DNA of 64,000 nucleotides from Puniceicoccales bacterium (GCA_031266455.1 JAISBA010000002.1:1937-65936), one strand, 5' to 3'; positions 8,269 to 18,689 are shown, counted from the stretch's first letter. Notes: generated by a model from the sequence alone, not told the origin. Numbers and translations: made by a program.

Positions 8269-11097
8269 ATGTGTGCTGCTCATGTTGGAGGTGCTGGTGG
8301 GCCTCCTGTTGTTAATCCTGAGACTGGTCAGCCTATTGGAGGTGTTGCACCTACAGATGATGCGGGCGCCTTACACCCCGCAAAGAACACTAAAGTACCT
8401 CATGTAGGTGCTGCGCCTAACCCAATGACAACTCCAGGGGGTGGAGCTGCAACGACATTAAAAGGTGAAAAGCAAGTCGCCCATCCACACATTAAAGATG
8501 AGGCGGTACTGGAAAATCTTGAAGCCATGAAGGCCCCCTCTAAGTCCCCTAACAAAGAAGCAAACGAAGCTTTATTTGCAGATTTGCAGCAGCGAGGTTT
8601 CATAGATGAAAAGGGGAATATTGATTTTACAAAGCTTGGGCTTTCCGAAAAACAAATCCAAAAGTCGGAGCTCAAGGGGTTTGTTTCTGTGGACAAGGAT
8701 GGAAATTTCCACTATACGATGAATGGAAAATGCGGACAAAACGCCGTTAAAGCGCTTGAGGGACTTAGGAACGCCATAGAGGGTTTTCAAGACAGAAATA
8801 GAGATACACATGGATCTTACATTTCGATTTTGATTAATCCGGGGAATGTTGCTACGCCAAGTCCAGAGGATTTAGATGTACTGAGCCGAGGAGGACAAAT
8901 TCAGTACCGGCCGGGTGTTCCCCATACTATTCAACACGCAAACGGCGACAAATATGAGGTGCACGATACCGTAAAGCTTACATTGGATCCGGGAAAAAAT
9001 GGGACAGAAGGTAGCGACGGATTAACTGTTGAGGTATTTGACAGTGATGGTGAGTGTATAGGCCATACTCCGAAGACTCCACTGGATGTCGTCTTCAAAG
9101 GAAAGGAACTCGATGGGCAACGAGCGTTAGGGGCTGATGGTCAGGGTATATTGCCAAATTACCAAGAACTTTTGGGAAATTCTAACACCCAGGCTGGACA
9201 TAGGCTTTGGTCGGCCGCCATGAATTATTTAAATACAGAGAACAATGTGGCTGTGGGCACATTTAGTATAGGCAGAGATGATATACATGCCGATAAAGCC
9301 CAAGCAGTCGAACGACAGACAAAATTGGAAAACGTTTACAAAGACTTAAATGATTACTTGTCTAAACCCAGAGGTGTTGATACGGATGGTTTGGATCGAT
9401 TTATAGCAAGACTAAACACTTTAAAGCCCGAAGCGAGTACCCCTGAAGGAGATTTACTCAATTATTTAGGTCAATTAAAAGAAGCCATTGCCGATCCCAC
9501 CAGAGGGATGCCTCCTGTACCTGAAAAAATACCTCCAGACTTGACTCCGGCTCTGTCAAATCTTCACGACGGTCTGAATGCATTACGGAGTACAATAGCA
9601 GCAACAGGCAAAACTGCAGGAGGGGTTTATCAAGGCATTAAGACTGCTAACGATGACTCTAGTACCCTCATAGGGAAAAATTGTCCTAAGGATGCGGTCA
9701 CTGCTGCCTTAGGGGGATTACAGCAATATGTAGTGAATGAATTATCACAACGCATAAAAGATGATGCGAGTGATACATTATCGAAGGTAGATATCATAGG
9801 TCAATTCGGTAAAGCTTTGACGCAGGTAGAGCTTAATGCGGACTCTGCTAAAAGACAACAAATAGGCCAGGAGCTGCTGGATAAGCTGGTTGCCCCCGAT
9901 AGTCCATGGCATCGTATGGCCGTGAGCAAGGATTCTGCTCAGATCGCAGAATTAAAGAAGCAAATTGAAGCATTTGAGAATAACTTCCCAGATGTTCCAG
10001 TTTCAGTCGACATAAAGGCTGCTATTGCAGGCCCCACTGCCGTTACCCTTGATGCCTTCTACAAAGACTTAAAGGCTTATTTGGGTGCCTATAAAGATGT
10101 TACGGCTGAAGGGGTAAAGGCTCGGGCAGATCGCCTACGAGCTTTAAAACCCAGAGCAGATTCTCCTGAAGCAAAGTTACTCGATTATTTAGGTCTCTTA
10201 CAACAAGCCATTGCCAATCCCTCCCAGGACCTTACTATACCAGCGGGTATGCATGAGGTGTTTGATGTTCTATCAAATCTTCGCAACGGTCTGAAGACAC
10301 TAAAAAACGCAATGGAAGCGGGGGGAACAGCAGAAGCAAGACATAATGCCATTCAGGCTGAGAATACAAATGCTCATAGCCCAATAGGACAATTTTGTCC
10401 TACGGCTGCGGTTACTCTTGTCTTAGATAGATTACAAGGAGAGGCCGTTACTGCAATGGCAGCAGAAATCGATGGTACTGCAGACGTTGCTACTTTGACA
10501 AGTGCAGACAAAATAAATGAATTCGGCCGCCGGTTGGCTGCATTAGGCCTTACAGCGAAAGCTGCCGGAAGAAATCCAGTCGGTGTGGCGCTGCTGGCTA
10601 AATTGACTGCCGATCCAGGTGGTCCATGGAGAAATATGGCCAAAGGAACCGATGGTCAGCGAAGAGAGCTCGACGCACAAAAGAACGCATTTCAAAATCA
10701 CTTCGCGAATGTCATTCCTGATTTGGTGCCAGCTGCTCCAGCTGATAAGGATGCTGTGAAAAGAGGGGCAGATTTTATGAAGAATGATTGTATGCAAGTC
10801 AAAGCGATATCTCTGACTGAGACTGGTAGCGGCAAGCTAGCCGCTAAAGCTCAGCTTGAAAGACTACTGCAAGCTTATGATGACGTACTTAAGTATATCG
10901 ATACTCTAGCGGTTAATATTAAGGACCACCAAAGAAAGCAAGCAATAGCGGCGATAAAGGCTGTCCTAGAGAGGGATCTTTCCAGCATTGATGGGATAAG
11001 TGCCATGCAAAAGACCAAGCTACTCAAGGAGTGGAACGCAGCAGATGTTAATGTATGCAGGAATATATTGGGACAATGTATTAATGCTTGCTCTTAA
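8269..11097 (+). CDS. large hypothetical protein with Gly/Pro-rich N-terminus and internal ~241-aa tandem duplication (secreted effector candidate)
   Basis: This is a 942-aa uninterrupted ORF and the antisense ORFs within it are short. The low-complexity N-terminus reads GGAGGPPVVNPETGQPIGG. I recognise no catalytic motif. Confidence 0.75.
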   Translation: MCAAHVGGAGGPPVVNPETGQPIGGVAPTDDAGALHPAKNTKVPHVGAAPNPMTTPGGGAATTLKGEKQVAHPHIKDEAVLENLEAMKAPSKSPNKEANEALFADLQQRGFIDEKGNIDFTKLGLSEKQIQKSELKGFVSVDKDGNFHYTMNGKCGQNAVKALEGLRNAIEGFQDRNRDTHGSYISILINPGNVATPSPEDLDVLSRGGQIQYRPGVPHTIQHANGDKYEVHDTVKLTLDPGKNGTEGSDGLTVEVFDSDGECIGHTPKTPLDVVFKGKELDGQRALGADGQGILPNYQELLGNSNTQAGHRLWSAAMNYLNTENNVAVGTFSIGRDDIHADKAQAVERQTKLENVYKDLNDYLSKPRGVDTDGLDRFIARLNTLKPEASTPEGDLLNYLGQLKEAIADPTRGMPPVPEKIPPDLTPALSNLHDGLNALRSTIAATGKTAGGVYQGIKTANDDSSTLIGKNCPKDAVTAALGGLQQYVVNELSQRIKDDASDTLSKVDIIGQFGKALTQVELNADSAKRQQIGQELLDKLVAPDSPWHRMAVSKDSAQIAELKKQIEAFENNFPDVPVSVDIKAAIAGPTAVTLDAFYKDLKAYLGAYKDVTAEGVKARADRLRALKPRADSPEAKLLDYLGLLQQAIANPSQDLTIPAGMHEVFDVLSNLRNGLKTLKNAMEAGGTAEARHNAIQAENTNAHSPIGQFCPTAAVTLVLDRLQGEAVTAMAAEIDGTADVATLTSADKINEFGRRLAALGLTAKAAGRNPVGVALLAKLTADPGGPWRNMAKGTDGQRRELDAQKNAFQNHFANVIPDLVPAAPADKDAVKRGADFMKNDCMQVKAISLTETGSGKLAAKAQLERLLQAYDDVLKYIDTLAVNIKDHQRKQAIAAIKAVLERDLSSIDGISAMQKTKLLKEWNAADVNVCRNILGQCINACS
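9337..10731 (+). repeat. intragenic tandem duplication (two ~230-aa units, period 241 aa)
   Basis: Unit 1 starts at Y357 (YKDLNDYL...RLNTLKPEASTPEGDLLNYLGQLKEAIADP...IGKNCPKDAVTAALGGLQ...SPWHRMA...FENNFPDVPV). Unit 2 starts at Y598 (YKDLKAYL...RLRALKPRADSPEAKLLDYLGLLQQAIANP...IGQFCPTAAVTLVLDRLQ...GPWRNMA...FQNHFANVIPDLVP). Confidence 0.8.
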
Positions 11098-11212
11098 ACC
11101 ACCTTCACTCTCCCGCAAAACACATTGTCCATACATGTAAGAGGAGACGTATGGTTAGTGTTGTAATTTTTAGATTGACCTGGGTGGATATTTTTCAAAT
11201 CCTTGTGGGCAT

Positions 11213-11347
11213 ATGCAACCTACCTATTCACCTTCCAAGGTAAAGCGAATACGAATGTGTGGCTTTTTTGCAAGAAAGGCCACGAAAGGAGGACGTAAAG
11301 TCCTGGCGGCAAGACGCAGAAAAGGGCGTAGAAAGCTTTGCGCTTAG
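11213..11347 (+). CDS. rpmH: 50S ribosomal protein L34
   Basis: A 44-aa ORF, too short for the supplied track: [44 protein letters not shown]. It shows the typical L34 pattern and sits in the canonical position just upstream of rnpA. Confidence 0.85.
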   Translation: MQPTYSPSKVKRIRMCGFFARKATKGGRKVLAARRRKGRRKLCA

Positions 11348-11348
11348 C

Positions 11349-11702
11349 GTGAACAGAAGGCATAGACTCACGCGGACACGCGATTTTCAATACACCTATC
11401 GCCGAGGCGTGCGGATGCACATAAACGGTATGTTGATTTCTTTTACCCTAAGTCCATTTCCCCGAGAACCGCGCCTAGGCATTGTGGTCTCTCGAAAAAT
11501 TGGGAATGCGGTGGTGAGAAATCGATTTAAACGTCGCGTAAGAGCTTGCTTTGATCGGGTGCGCAGTAGCTTTCGTCTCGTCTTTGACCTCATTGTTATG
11601 GCACGTACACCGGCGGCAGCTTTACTTACCGTAGATGCGATCGAACAAAGCGTGTGGGACGTTTTTCTACAACGGCCGCGTTTCGAAGCACCGCAATCGT
11701 AA
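11349..11702 (+). CDS. rnpA: ribonuclease P protein component
   Basis: RLTRTRDFQYTYRRG...LGIVVSRKIGNAVVRNRFKRRVR is the RnpA signature. The proposed GTG start at 11349 directly follows the rpmH stop. The longer listed ORF would overlap all of rpmH. Confidence 0.85.
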   Translation: MNRRHRLTRTRDFQYTYRRGVRMHINGMLISFTLSPFPREPRLGIVVSRKIGNAVVRNRFKRRVRACFDRVRSSFRLVFDLIVMARTPAAALLTVDAIEQSVWDVFLQRPRFEAPQS

Positions 11703-11715
11703 ATTTGCTTTAAAA

Positions 11716-11982
11716 ATGCGGTTCATCTACAAAACCATTTCAATCCTGTGCGTCGGGCTGGCGTGGACCCTAATTCGTTTCTACCAAATATGCATTTCGC
11801 CCCTTCTAGCCTGTCACTTTTTTGGCCTAGGGTGTCGTTGCCGTTTCTATCCAACTTGTTCAGAATACGCTTTACAAAGTCTAAAAAAATATGCTTTTCT
11901 AAAAGCGTGTTACTTGATTGGACGTCGTCTTCTGCGTTGTCATCCCTTTTCTTCGCACAGCGGTTTTGATCCGGTCCCGTAA
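11716..11982 (+). CDS. yidD: membrane protein insertion efficiency factor YidD
   Basis: LIRFYQICISPLL....CRFYPTCSEYALQSLKKYA..KA.YL...RLLRCHPF is the YidD signature. I placed the start at the internal ATG (M28 of the listed ORF). Confidence 0.85.
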   Translation: MRFIYKTISILCVGLAWTLIRFYQICISPLLACHFFGLGCRCRFYPTCSEYALQSLKKYAFLKACYLIGRRLLRCHPFSSHSGFDPVP

Positions 11983-11993
11983 CCCTCATTCTT

Positions 11994-13658
11994 ATGGACA
12001 GAAAAAATTTTGTATTGGGAATCCTTTGCCTGGCATTGGCATTTGGTTTAATAATTCGGCAAGACCGACAGGTGCACCGATCGGTCCCTTCGGAACAGAC
12101 CACAACGGCATCCAGCGCTGCATTACCCCAAGCTTTGCCGCGTATGGACACGGTGCAACCCGAATTGTCTCAAGCCGTTACCAAACCCATCAACGAGCGT
12201 ATTATTACGTTGGAAAACGACTTTGTACGGGTCCACTTTACAAATTGCGGCGGTGCTATCCGTACGGTTGCCCTAAAAAAATACCCGGCGGAGCTTAATC
12301 GGTCGGAACCGTACATTTTTAATCAAAATGCAGATTTACCCGCATTAGGCTTGGGATGGAAGGTCAACGACCCCCTATGCGTCAGAGATTATCAGATTTC
12401 CAAATGCACAGAGGATTTCATACAGTTCGTAACGCAATTGGACGACGGAACCGAAATTGTCCGCGGATATCGTCTGCCGGCCAGCAACGCCGATAATCCC
12501 TATTTGATCCTACACGAAACCTTGATTAAAGGTTCCCGAGAACGCAGACAAGTTTGCTTTCACCTGGGGGTATTTCCGGCAACTTCCGGCGATAAATACC
12601 AGGAATACTTAAACTTTGGCGCCTTTGATGGAAAAAAATCAGAATTCATCAAGGTCGGAGATTTTGAGGCCAGCAACGGATTTTTTGGATTGGGGCGAAA
12701 GGCTGGACGCGATTTTGTTCAGGTGCACAAGTCATTCAATTGGGGCTCCATAAAAAATCAATTTTTTACGGCCATTTTAACCCCCCAAATCCCCGCTCTT
12801 GGATATTATGCCGCTCCGGGAAAAATTTTACTCAACGAACATCTGGAAGCCTGCATCTCAGGCCAGTTATTTTTTGACTTACGGGAAGATAACCACCCAT
12901 TGTCCATGAAATACTACGTGGGGCCGAAAGACTTTTTACTGCTCAACAAAATGGGAAATGAGCAGGACCAAGTGATGCAATTTGGCTTTTTTGGCGGTAT
13001 CAGCAAGCTTCTCCTCATAGCCATGCGAGGCATACATACCTACGTTCCCAATTGGGGTTGGACGATTATCTTACTTACATTGATCATAAAATTATTGATG
13101 TGGCCATTGACCCAAGCCCAGTTCCATTCTTCCAAAAGAATGGCCAGCATCCAGCAACCCTTGCGCGAAATCCGGGAAAAATTTAAGTCGAATCCGCAGA
13201 AATTGCAGGCGGAAACGATGAAATTATTTAAGGCCAATCACGTTAATCCCGCCATGGGATGCTTACCCCTACTCGTCCAATTACCCATATTCTTGGGTTT
13301 GTATTTTATGCTGCGAACTTCTTCGGAAATGCGATTTCAAGCATTTTTATGGATAAAGGATTTGTCGGTTCCGGATACGGTTGCCCATTGGGGTATTTTC
13401 CCCGTCAATATCCTCCCCCTTTTAATGGGCATTACCATGGTTGTGCAGATGCGATTAATGCCAACGCCCGCCGTGGATAGTATGCAGCAAAAAATGTTGA
13501 TGTGGATGCCGCTTTTGTTCTTGGTGTTCTGCTACAGTTTCCCGGCCGCCTTGGTACTGTATTGGACGATACAAAACGTATTTACCATTTTACAACAAGA
13601 GCTCACCAATCGCTGCAATAAAACGAAAAAACAAACCGTCACTCCTTTAACCCAATAA
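11994..13658 (+). CDS. yidC: membrane protein insertase YidC
   Basis: The 554-aa protein has a large periplasmic domain and a C-terminal 60-kDa-IMP core (WGWTIILLTLIIKLLMWPLT...MQQKMLMWMPLLF). It follows rpmH-rnpA-yidD in the usual synteny. Confidence 0.9.
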   Translation: MDRKNFVLGILCLALAFGLIIRQDRQVHRSVPSEQTTTASSAALPQALPRMDTVQPELSQAVTKPINERIITLENDFVRVHFTNCGGAIRTVALKKYPAELNRSEPYIFNQNADLPALGLGWKVNDPLCVRDYQISKCTEDFIQFVTQLDDGTEIVRGYRLPASNADNPYLILHETLIKGSRERRQVCFHLGVFPATSGDKYQEYLNFGAFDGKKSEFIKVGDFEASNGFFGLGRKAGRDFVQVHKSFNWGSIKNQFFTAILTPQIPALGYYAAPGKILLNEHLEACISGQLFFDLREDNHPLSMKYYVGPKDFLLLNKMGNEQDQVMQFGFFGGISKLLLIAMRGIHTYVPNWGWTIILLTLIIKLLMWPLTQAQFHSSKRMASIQQPLREIREKFKSNPQKLQAETMKLFKANHVNPAMGCLPLLVQLPIFLGLYFMLRTSSEMRFQAFLWIKDLSVPDTVAHWGIFPVNILPLLMGITMVVQMRLMPTPAVDSMQQKMLMWMPLLFLVFCYSFPAALVLYWTIQNVFTILQQELTNRCNKTKKQTVTPLTQ

Positions 13659-13668
13659 CTCGGTAATC

Positions 13669-14415
13669 ATGTCAGGGCACAGCAAGTGGTCTACCATTAA
13701 ACGGCATAAGGCGGCCATCGACGCTAAACGCGGTAAAATGTTTAGCCTCATTGGCAAAGAAATTACGCTGGCAGCCAAAATAAGCGGCGGCAATCCGGAA
13801 TTCAATCCGCAACTGCGTACGCTCATATTAAAAGCAAAAACGGCCAATATGCCGGGCGAAAACATTCAGAAAGCCATTCAAAAGGGAACGGGCGAAATCC
13901 CCGGTATTCAAATTGAAGAATTAATCTACGAAGGGTACGGCCCCGGCGGTATCGGATTTATCGTGGAAGTGACCACCGATAACAAAAATCGTACCGTATC
14001 GGATATCCGAAGCGCTTTTACAAAGTGTGGAGGCAGCTTGGCGGGTACGGGGGCATTGGCTTTCAATTTCCAACGCAGAGGTCAATTCTTGATAGCGAGC
14101 GATAAGATTGGTGAAGATGCGCTGCTGGAACTTACCCTCAATGCGGGTGCCGAGGATGTCATAAACGAAGGCGATCACTTTGAAGTCATCTGCCAGGTCA
14201 ACGATTTTTATGCCCTGGTGAAAGTTTTCGAAGATGCTCAATTGGAAACAGCTTCCGCCGAATTGGTTTATTTGCCCGTAAATTCTATTGAAATCCACGA
14301 CCGCGAATGGGGCGAAAAGATTCTCAAATTGGTTGAAAAATTGGAAGATCTTGAGGATGTAAAAAATGTATTCTCCAATTATGACCTGGATGCGTCTTTG
14401 GAACTTGAGGAATAG
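13669..14415 (+). CDS. yebC: YebC/PmpR family transcriptional regulator
   Basis: MSGHSKWSTIKRHKAAIDAKRGKMF is the canonical YebC N-terminus, and the length is 248 aa. Confidence 0.9.
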   Translation: MSGHSKWSTIKRHKAAIDAKRGKMFSLIGKEITLAAKISGGNPEFNPQLRTLILKAKTANMPGENIQKAIQKGTGEIPGIQIEELIYEGYGPGGIGFIVEVTTDNKNRTVSDIRSAFTKCGGSLAGTGALAFNFQRRGQFLIASDKIGEDALLELTLNAGAEDVINEGDHFEVICQVNDFYALVKVFEDAQLETASAELVYLPVNSIEIHDREWGEKILKLVEKLEDLEDVKNVFSNYDLDASLELEE

Positions 14416-14463
14416 CATACAATTTTTAAGGAAACCGTCCACTTCAAACGCATTACCCACTCT

Positions 14464-15150
14464 ATGAATAAGATCGTCTACGACGAAGGTGATCATTTTT
14501 GCGTGTACGCCAAAGGAGCAGAGGAATCTTCAACACAGGTACACCAGGCTTGGCAAGCACAGCGCCAGGAGCGGGTGTCTTTAATTTATCTTCTGGATAC
14601 GGAAATAAGCGGCTTGTGCATATTGGCAAAGACGGCGGATGCAAAGCGGGAGCTGAAAAATACCTACGGCTCCAATTTGTTTACTTTCGAGTTCGTGCTT
14701 TGGGCCTACGTCGAGAACGCCTTATCCGAGCAATGGGATTGCGATTTGTCCATTGGGTGGGACGCCTGCAGGCATCAAGCTTTTCCTTCCAAATTGAAGG
14801 GGAAAAAGGCTTACACGCAATTTAAAGTCGAACAAAGATACGGTCATTACCATCGAATCAGGGCTACGACGCATTACTTGAGGCCACAGCAAATACAATT
14901 ACACGCGCATTATGGGCATTTGGAAGTTTTAGGAGATACCCGTTTCCCCCCAAAAAATCACTACGTGTATTTGTCATCCCTCAAGCCTGATTTCAAAAAA
15001 TCTTCCGATGAAAAACCATTATCTTCGGGATTACATATTCATCTACAGCATGTTTGCTTTGATTTTCATGGGCAGCACTACAGCTTTTTGCAACCTTTGC
15101 CCGAAGATTGGCTAGTCTTGGAAAAATATTTCACACGTTATTTGCGATAG
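14464..15150 (+). CDS. RluA-family pseudouridine synthase-like protein
   Basis: YLLDTEISGLCILAKT resembles motif II (HRLDxxTSG....AK) and keeps the Asp. RPQQIQLH resembles RPHQIRxH. The protein is otherwise divergent. Confidence 0.55.
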   Translation: MNKIVYDEGDHFCVYAKGAEESSTQVHQAWQAQRQERVSLIYLLDTEISGLCILAKTADAKRELKNTYGSNLFTFEFVLWAYVENALSEQWDCDLSIGWDACRHQAFPSKLKGKKAYTQFKVEQRYGHYHRIRATTHYLRPQQIQLHAHYGHLEVLGDTRFPPKNHYVYLSSLKPDFKKSSDEKPLSSGLHIHLQHVCFDFHGQHYSFLQPLPEDWLVLEKYFTRYLR

Positions 15151-15229
15151 ACGAATGCAATAGGAGCAAAACGCTTTTAAGCGAGTTTGTTCTTTAATTT
15201 TTCGAAAAATCATCTTTACTATCTATAAG

Positions 15230-16477
15230 ATGCTATTTAAACAGTGGAGGTCTTGTGTTATTTTTGCCTGCATCATCGGATTGCCTGCCTGCGTTTTAAA
15301 TGCGGGTAAACGCCCTACCAACAAGTCTCTCAGTTATCGTGACACCTATAAAACGGAGGATATTGAAAATGTACTCAGGCATTACAATTTTCGATGCGTC
15401 TACGAAGATGGCAAATATTTTCGCTGCTTTAATTGTACGCACCACATTGCTTTTATCCTGGAGAGTAAGGAAATGATCTTTGATGGCACCAAACTATTTT
15501 TGACGCGTCCCGTTGTTAAAAATCCAAGGCAAAATCGCTTTTTTGTCGCTGCCGTGGATGTTGAGAAAATTTTAAAACCGCTCTTGGAGCCCGAGAAGAT
15601 AAAAAAATATTTGCCCAACGGCGGATGCATCGTAATTGATGCCGGACACGGTGGCACCGCAGAAGGGGCTAAAAACAGCAGATTGAAATTGGTAGAAAAG
15701 CGGTTGACGTTGAATACGGCCCGCGCTTTGCAGTCGGCTTTAAGCAAAGCGGGGTATAAGGTTTTTTTAACAAGAGATAGCGATGTAGATTTAAGTCTCG
15801 AACAGAGAGGGCAGTTGGCGAATAAGTTAAAAGCTCAGCTATTTGTTTCCTTACATTATAATGCGGCAGAATCTATGCAGGCGCGAGGCATTGAAACGTT
15901 TACTTATACGTTTGCCTCCCATCCATCTACGGATCGCACAAAGGCATTAGCTTCGGATGAGTCGACGGAGGTTAACAATAGATTTGATATTCAAAATACG
16001 TATTTGGCTTACTGTATTCAGAAAAGTGTGACTCTACGCTTGGGCAGTATCGATCGTGGTGTACGTCGAGCCCGGTTCGGTGTTTTGAGGCATGTCCACT
16101 GTCCGGCCATTTTAATCGAATGTGGGTTTCTGAGCAACGACGATGAAGCGAGTAAAATTGCCACAAAAACTTATCAAGAAAAACTCGTGAACAGCATTAT
16201 TAAAGGGATACAACGTTACGTACACAATACGATAATGCGTACGGTCGTTGTGCCACCTACTCAGATTTTAAAAGATTTTCAAAGCAAGAAATCAAGCTTA
16301 CCCAAACGTCCTTTGTTGAAGTCGCAAGGCACTTCCAATAAACAGACTTTCCGTAATCCTTCAGCAGAGGTTAAACCATTTTGCGGCGCATCGTATAGAT
16401 TTGCGAGAAAAATATATCTTGCAAATTTTCTATTTTATGAAAAAACTCGACTTAAATCAATGGGATTGATAGGTTGA
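15230..16477 (+). CDS. N-acetylmuramoyl-L-alanine amidase (Amidase_3) with N- and C-terminal extensions
   Basis: Carries a signal peptide. IVIDAGHGG...G....L.EK...L..A..L...L...GY.V.LTRD.D......R...AN...A.LFVSLHYNA....ARGIETF is the Amidase_3 pattern. Confidence 0.8.
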   Translation: MLFKQWRSCVIFACIIGLPACVLNAGKRPTNKSLSYRDTYKTEDIENVLRHYNFRCVYEDGKYFRCFNCTHHIAFILESKEMIFDGTKLFLTRPVVKNPRQNRFFVAAVDVEKILKPLLEPEKIKKYLPNGGCIVIDAGHGGTAEGAKNSRLKLVEKRLTLNTARALQSALSKAGYKVFLTRDSDVDLSLEQRGQLANKLKAQLFVSLHYNAAESMQARGIETFTYTFASHPSTDRTKALASDESTEVNNRFDIQNTYLAYCIQKSVTLRLGSIDRGVRRARFGVLRHVHCPAILIECGFLSNDDEASKIATKTYQEKLVNSIIKGIQRYVHNTIMRTVVVPPTQILKDFQSKKSSLPKRPLLKSQGTSNKQTFRNPSAEVKPFCGASYRFARKIYLANFLFYEKTRLKSMGLIG

Positions 16478-16496
16478 TTGCAAGGAACGACGATCA

Positions 16497-18689
16497 ATGA
16501 ATGTCAAAGAGCAGGCCGAATTTGAAGCCTTACTGAAGGGGATTCACACAAACCCCCATCACTTTTTAGGAATACATCGTCAAGGTGATCAATGGATCGT
16601 TCGTGGATTTTTTCGCGATGCAAAGAAATGTTTTTTGCGTGATCTGGCGCAAAATAAGTTAGTTGAAATGTTAAAAGTTTCCGACGAAGGATTGTTTACA
16701 ACATTCGTTTCTGGGATTATTTGGTACCAATTTGAAGTTGTTTACGAAGACCGTACGGCCTACATAAAGGACCCTTATTGTTTTAAGCCCACTTTAACCG
16801 ATGAAGATTTGTATTTGTTTAACCAGGGAACCCATCATCATGTATACCTCAAATTAGGCGCTCATTGCATACTGCATGAGGGGGTAGAAGGTTGCGCATT
16901 CGCCGTTTGGGCACCCAATGCAAAGCGTGTGTCGGTTGTGGGGGACTTTAACCAATGGGATGGCCGACATTACCCCATGCGTTGTTTAAAGTATTCGGGA
17001 ATCTGGGAAATTTTTATTCCCGATTTGCAGCCGGGAATGAAATATAAGTATGAAATTTATGATGCCAACCAACAATTGCAGTTAAAAACGGATCCCTACG
17101 GTTTATTTTTTGAGGAAGCACCCCACAATGCTTCTATCATCGTGCGGGAGGATACTTTTAAATGGGAGGATGAGCCATGGCTCATGAAGCGTGCTCAAAC
17201 CTATGGCCAGGAAATACCTATTACGGTATACGAGGTGCATTTGGGGTCATGGAAACATACCGTGAACGAGCGTGGAGAAAAGAGGCCTCTGACGTATCGA
17301 GAATTGGCAGAGAATTTGGTACCGTATGTAAAAGATCTTGGTTTCACACATGTAGAATTTTTGCCCATTGCCGAGCATCCTTTTTTAGGTTCTTGGGGAT
17401 ATCAGGTAACCGGATTTTTTGCCCCTACTTCCCGTTACGGTTCACCGGAAGATTTTATGTATCTGATCGACACGTTTCATAAAAATGAGATAGGCGTTAT
17501 CGTGGACTGGGTCCCTGGACATTTTCCCAAAGATGCATTTGCGTTGGCCAAATTTGATGGGACAGCATTGTACGAACACGCAGATCCGCGTCAAGGCGAG
17601 CATCCCGATTGGGGTACACTTATCTTTAATTACGGTCGGCATGAAGTTCGCAATTTTTTACTCTGCAGTGCACTCGCTTGGTTGGAACGATTTCATGTGG
17701 ATGGACTCCGGGTGGATGCCGTTGCTTCCATGCTATATCTAGATTATTCGCGGAAAGAGGATGCATGGATTCCAAATTGTTACGGCGGAAAAGAGAATAC
17801 GGAAGCCATTGATTTTTTACGTTACGTCAATGATACTGTTCATCAGTATTATCCAGGTGTTTTAACCATTGCTGAAGAATCGACGTCATCGGGTCGAGTT
17901 TCGCATCCAACGAACGCATCCGGTTTAGGTTTTGATTTTAAGTGGAATATGGGTTGGATGCACGATGTCTTAAATTATTGTAAAAAAGATCCCATTTATA
18001 GAAAGTATCATCACAATGAAATGAGTTTTGGAATGTTGTACCAATATTCTGAAAATTTTATGATGGTATTTTCTCACGATGAGGTTGTACACGGTAAAGG
18101 ATCGATGGTGAATAAGATGGGCTCTTACTTCTTTGACGATAAAGTGAGTACTTTAAGAGCTCTCTACGCCTACATGTGGGGTTGGCCAGGCAAAAAAACC
18201 TTGTTTATGGGTGACGAGATTGGACAGGTGATCGAATGGGACTATTGCAAGGAACTTGATTGGTGTTTGCTGCGGTATCCCAATCACCAAGGGCTTCAGC
18301 AACTTGTAAAAGATTTAAACGTTGCCTATAAGCGGTATTCATTTTGGTCTCAGCGGGACCAACAAAGGAGTGGGTTTGAATGGCTTGATCCTGACGATTC
18401 CCCAAATAGCGTATTTTCTTTTATACGTCGTGACATAACTTCGAATCAGACATTACTTTTTATTTCAAATTTTACACCCGTAGAACGTCCGCATTACCAC
18501 TTGGGAGTGCCTTTTTCAGGTACTTGGAAAGAAATATTAAATACGGATGCGAACTGTTATAATGGCAAAAATAGAGGTAATTTGGGTACCTTGGTAACTC
18601 AAGATATAGAGCAGAATGACTATCCTTATTCCTTAAACGTATACTTGCCACCTTTATCGACGCTTATTTTTTCCCACGCGATTTCATAA
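16497..18689 (+). CDS. glgB: 1,4-alpha-glucan branching enzyme
   Basis: The 730-aa protein shows GH13 motifs (GVIVDWVPGHF, GLRVDAVASMLY, AEESTS, FSHDEVVHGK) and the GlgB N-terminal CBM48 region. Confidence 0.95.
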   Translation: MNVKEQAEFEALLKGIHTNPHHFLGIHRQGDQWIVRGFFRDAKKCFLRDLAQNKLVEMLKVSDEGLFTTFVSGIIWYQFEVVYEDRTAYIKDPYCFKPTLTDEDLYLFNQGTHHHVYLKLGAHCILHEGVEGCAFAVWAPNAKRVSVVGDFNQWDGRHYPMRCLKYSGIWEIFIPDLQPGMKYKYEIYDANQQLQLKTDPYGLFFEEAPHNASIIVREDTFKWEDEPWLMKRAQTYGQEIPITVYEVHLGSWKHTVNERGEKRPLTYRELAENLVPYVKDLGFTHVEFLPIAEHPFLGSWGYQVTGFFAPTSRYGSPEDFMYLIDTFHKNEIGVIVDWVPGHFPKDAFALAKFDGTALYEHADPRQGEHPDWGTLIFNYGRHEVRNFLLCSALAWLERFHVDGLRVDAVASMLYLDYSRKEDAWIPNCYGGKENTEAIDFLRYVNDTVHQYYPGVLTIAEESTSSGRVSHPTNASGLGFDFKWNMGWMHDVLNYCKKDPIYRKYHHNEMSFGMLYQYSENFMMVFSHDEVVHGKGSMVNKMGSYFFDDKVSTLRALYAYMWGWPGKKTLFMGDEIGQVIEWDYCKELDWCLLRYPNHQGLQQLVKDLNVAYKRYSFWSQRDQQRSGFEWLDPDDSPNSVFSFIRRDITSNQTLLFISNFTPVERPHYHLGVPFSGTWKEILNTDANCYNGKNRGNLGTLVTQDIEQNDYPYSLNVYLPPLSTLIFSHAIS

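Noticed and set aside
8400-10797. Antisense or alternative-frame ORFs inside the 942-aa gene (8400-8696, 8572-8811, 10374-10643, 10543-10797)
   Set aside because: They are short, low-complexity and fully embedded in a much longer ORF whose internal repeat structure is conserved at the protein level.
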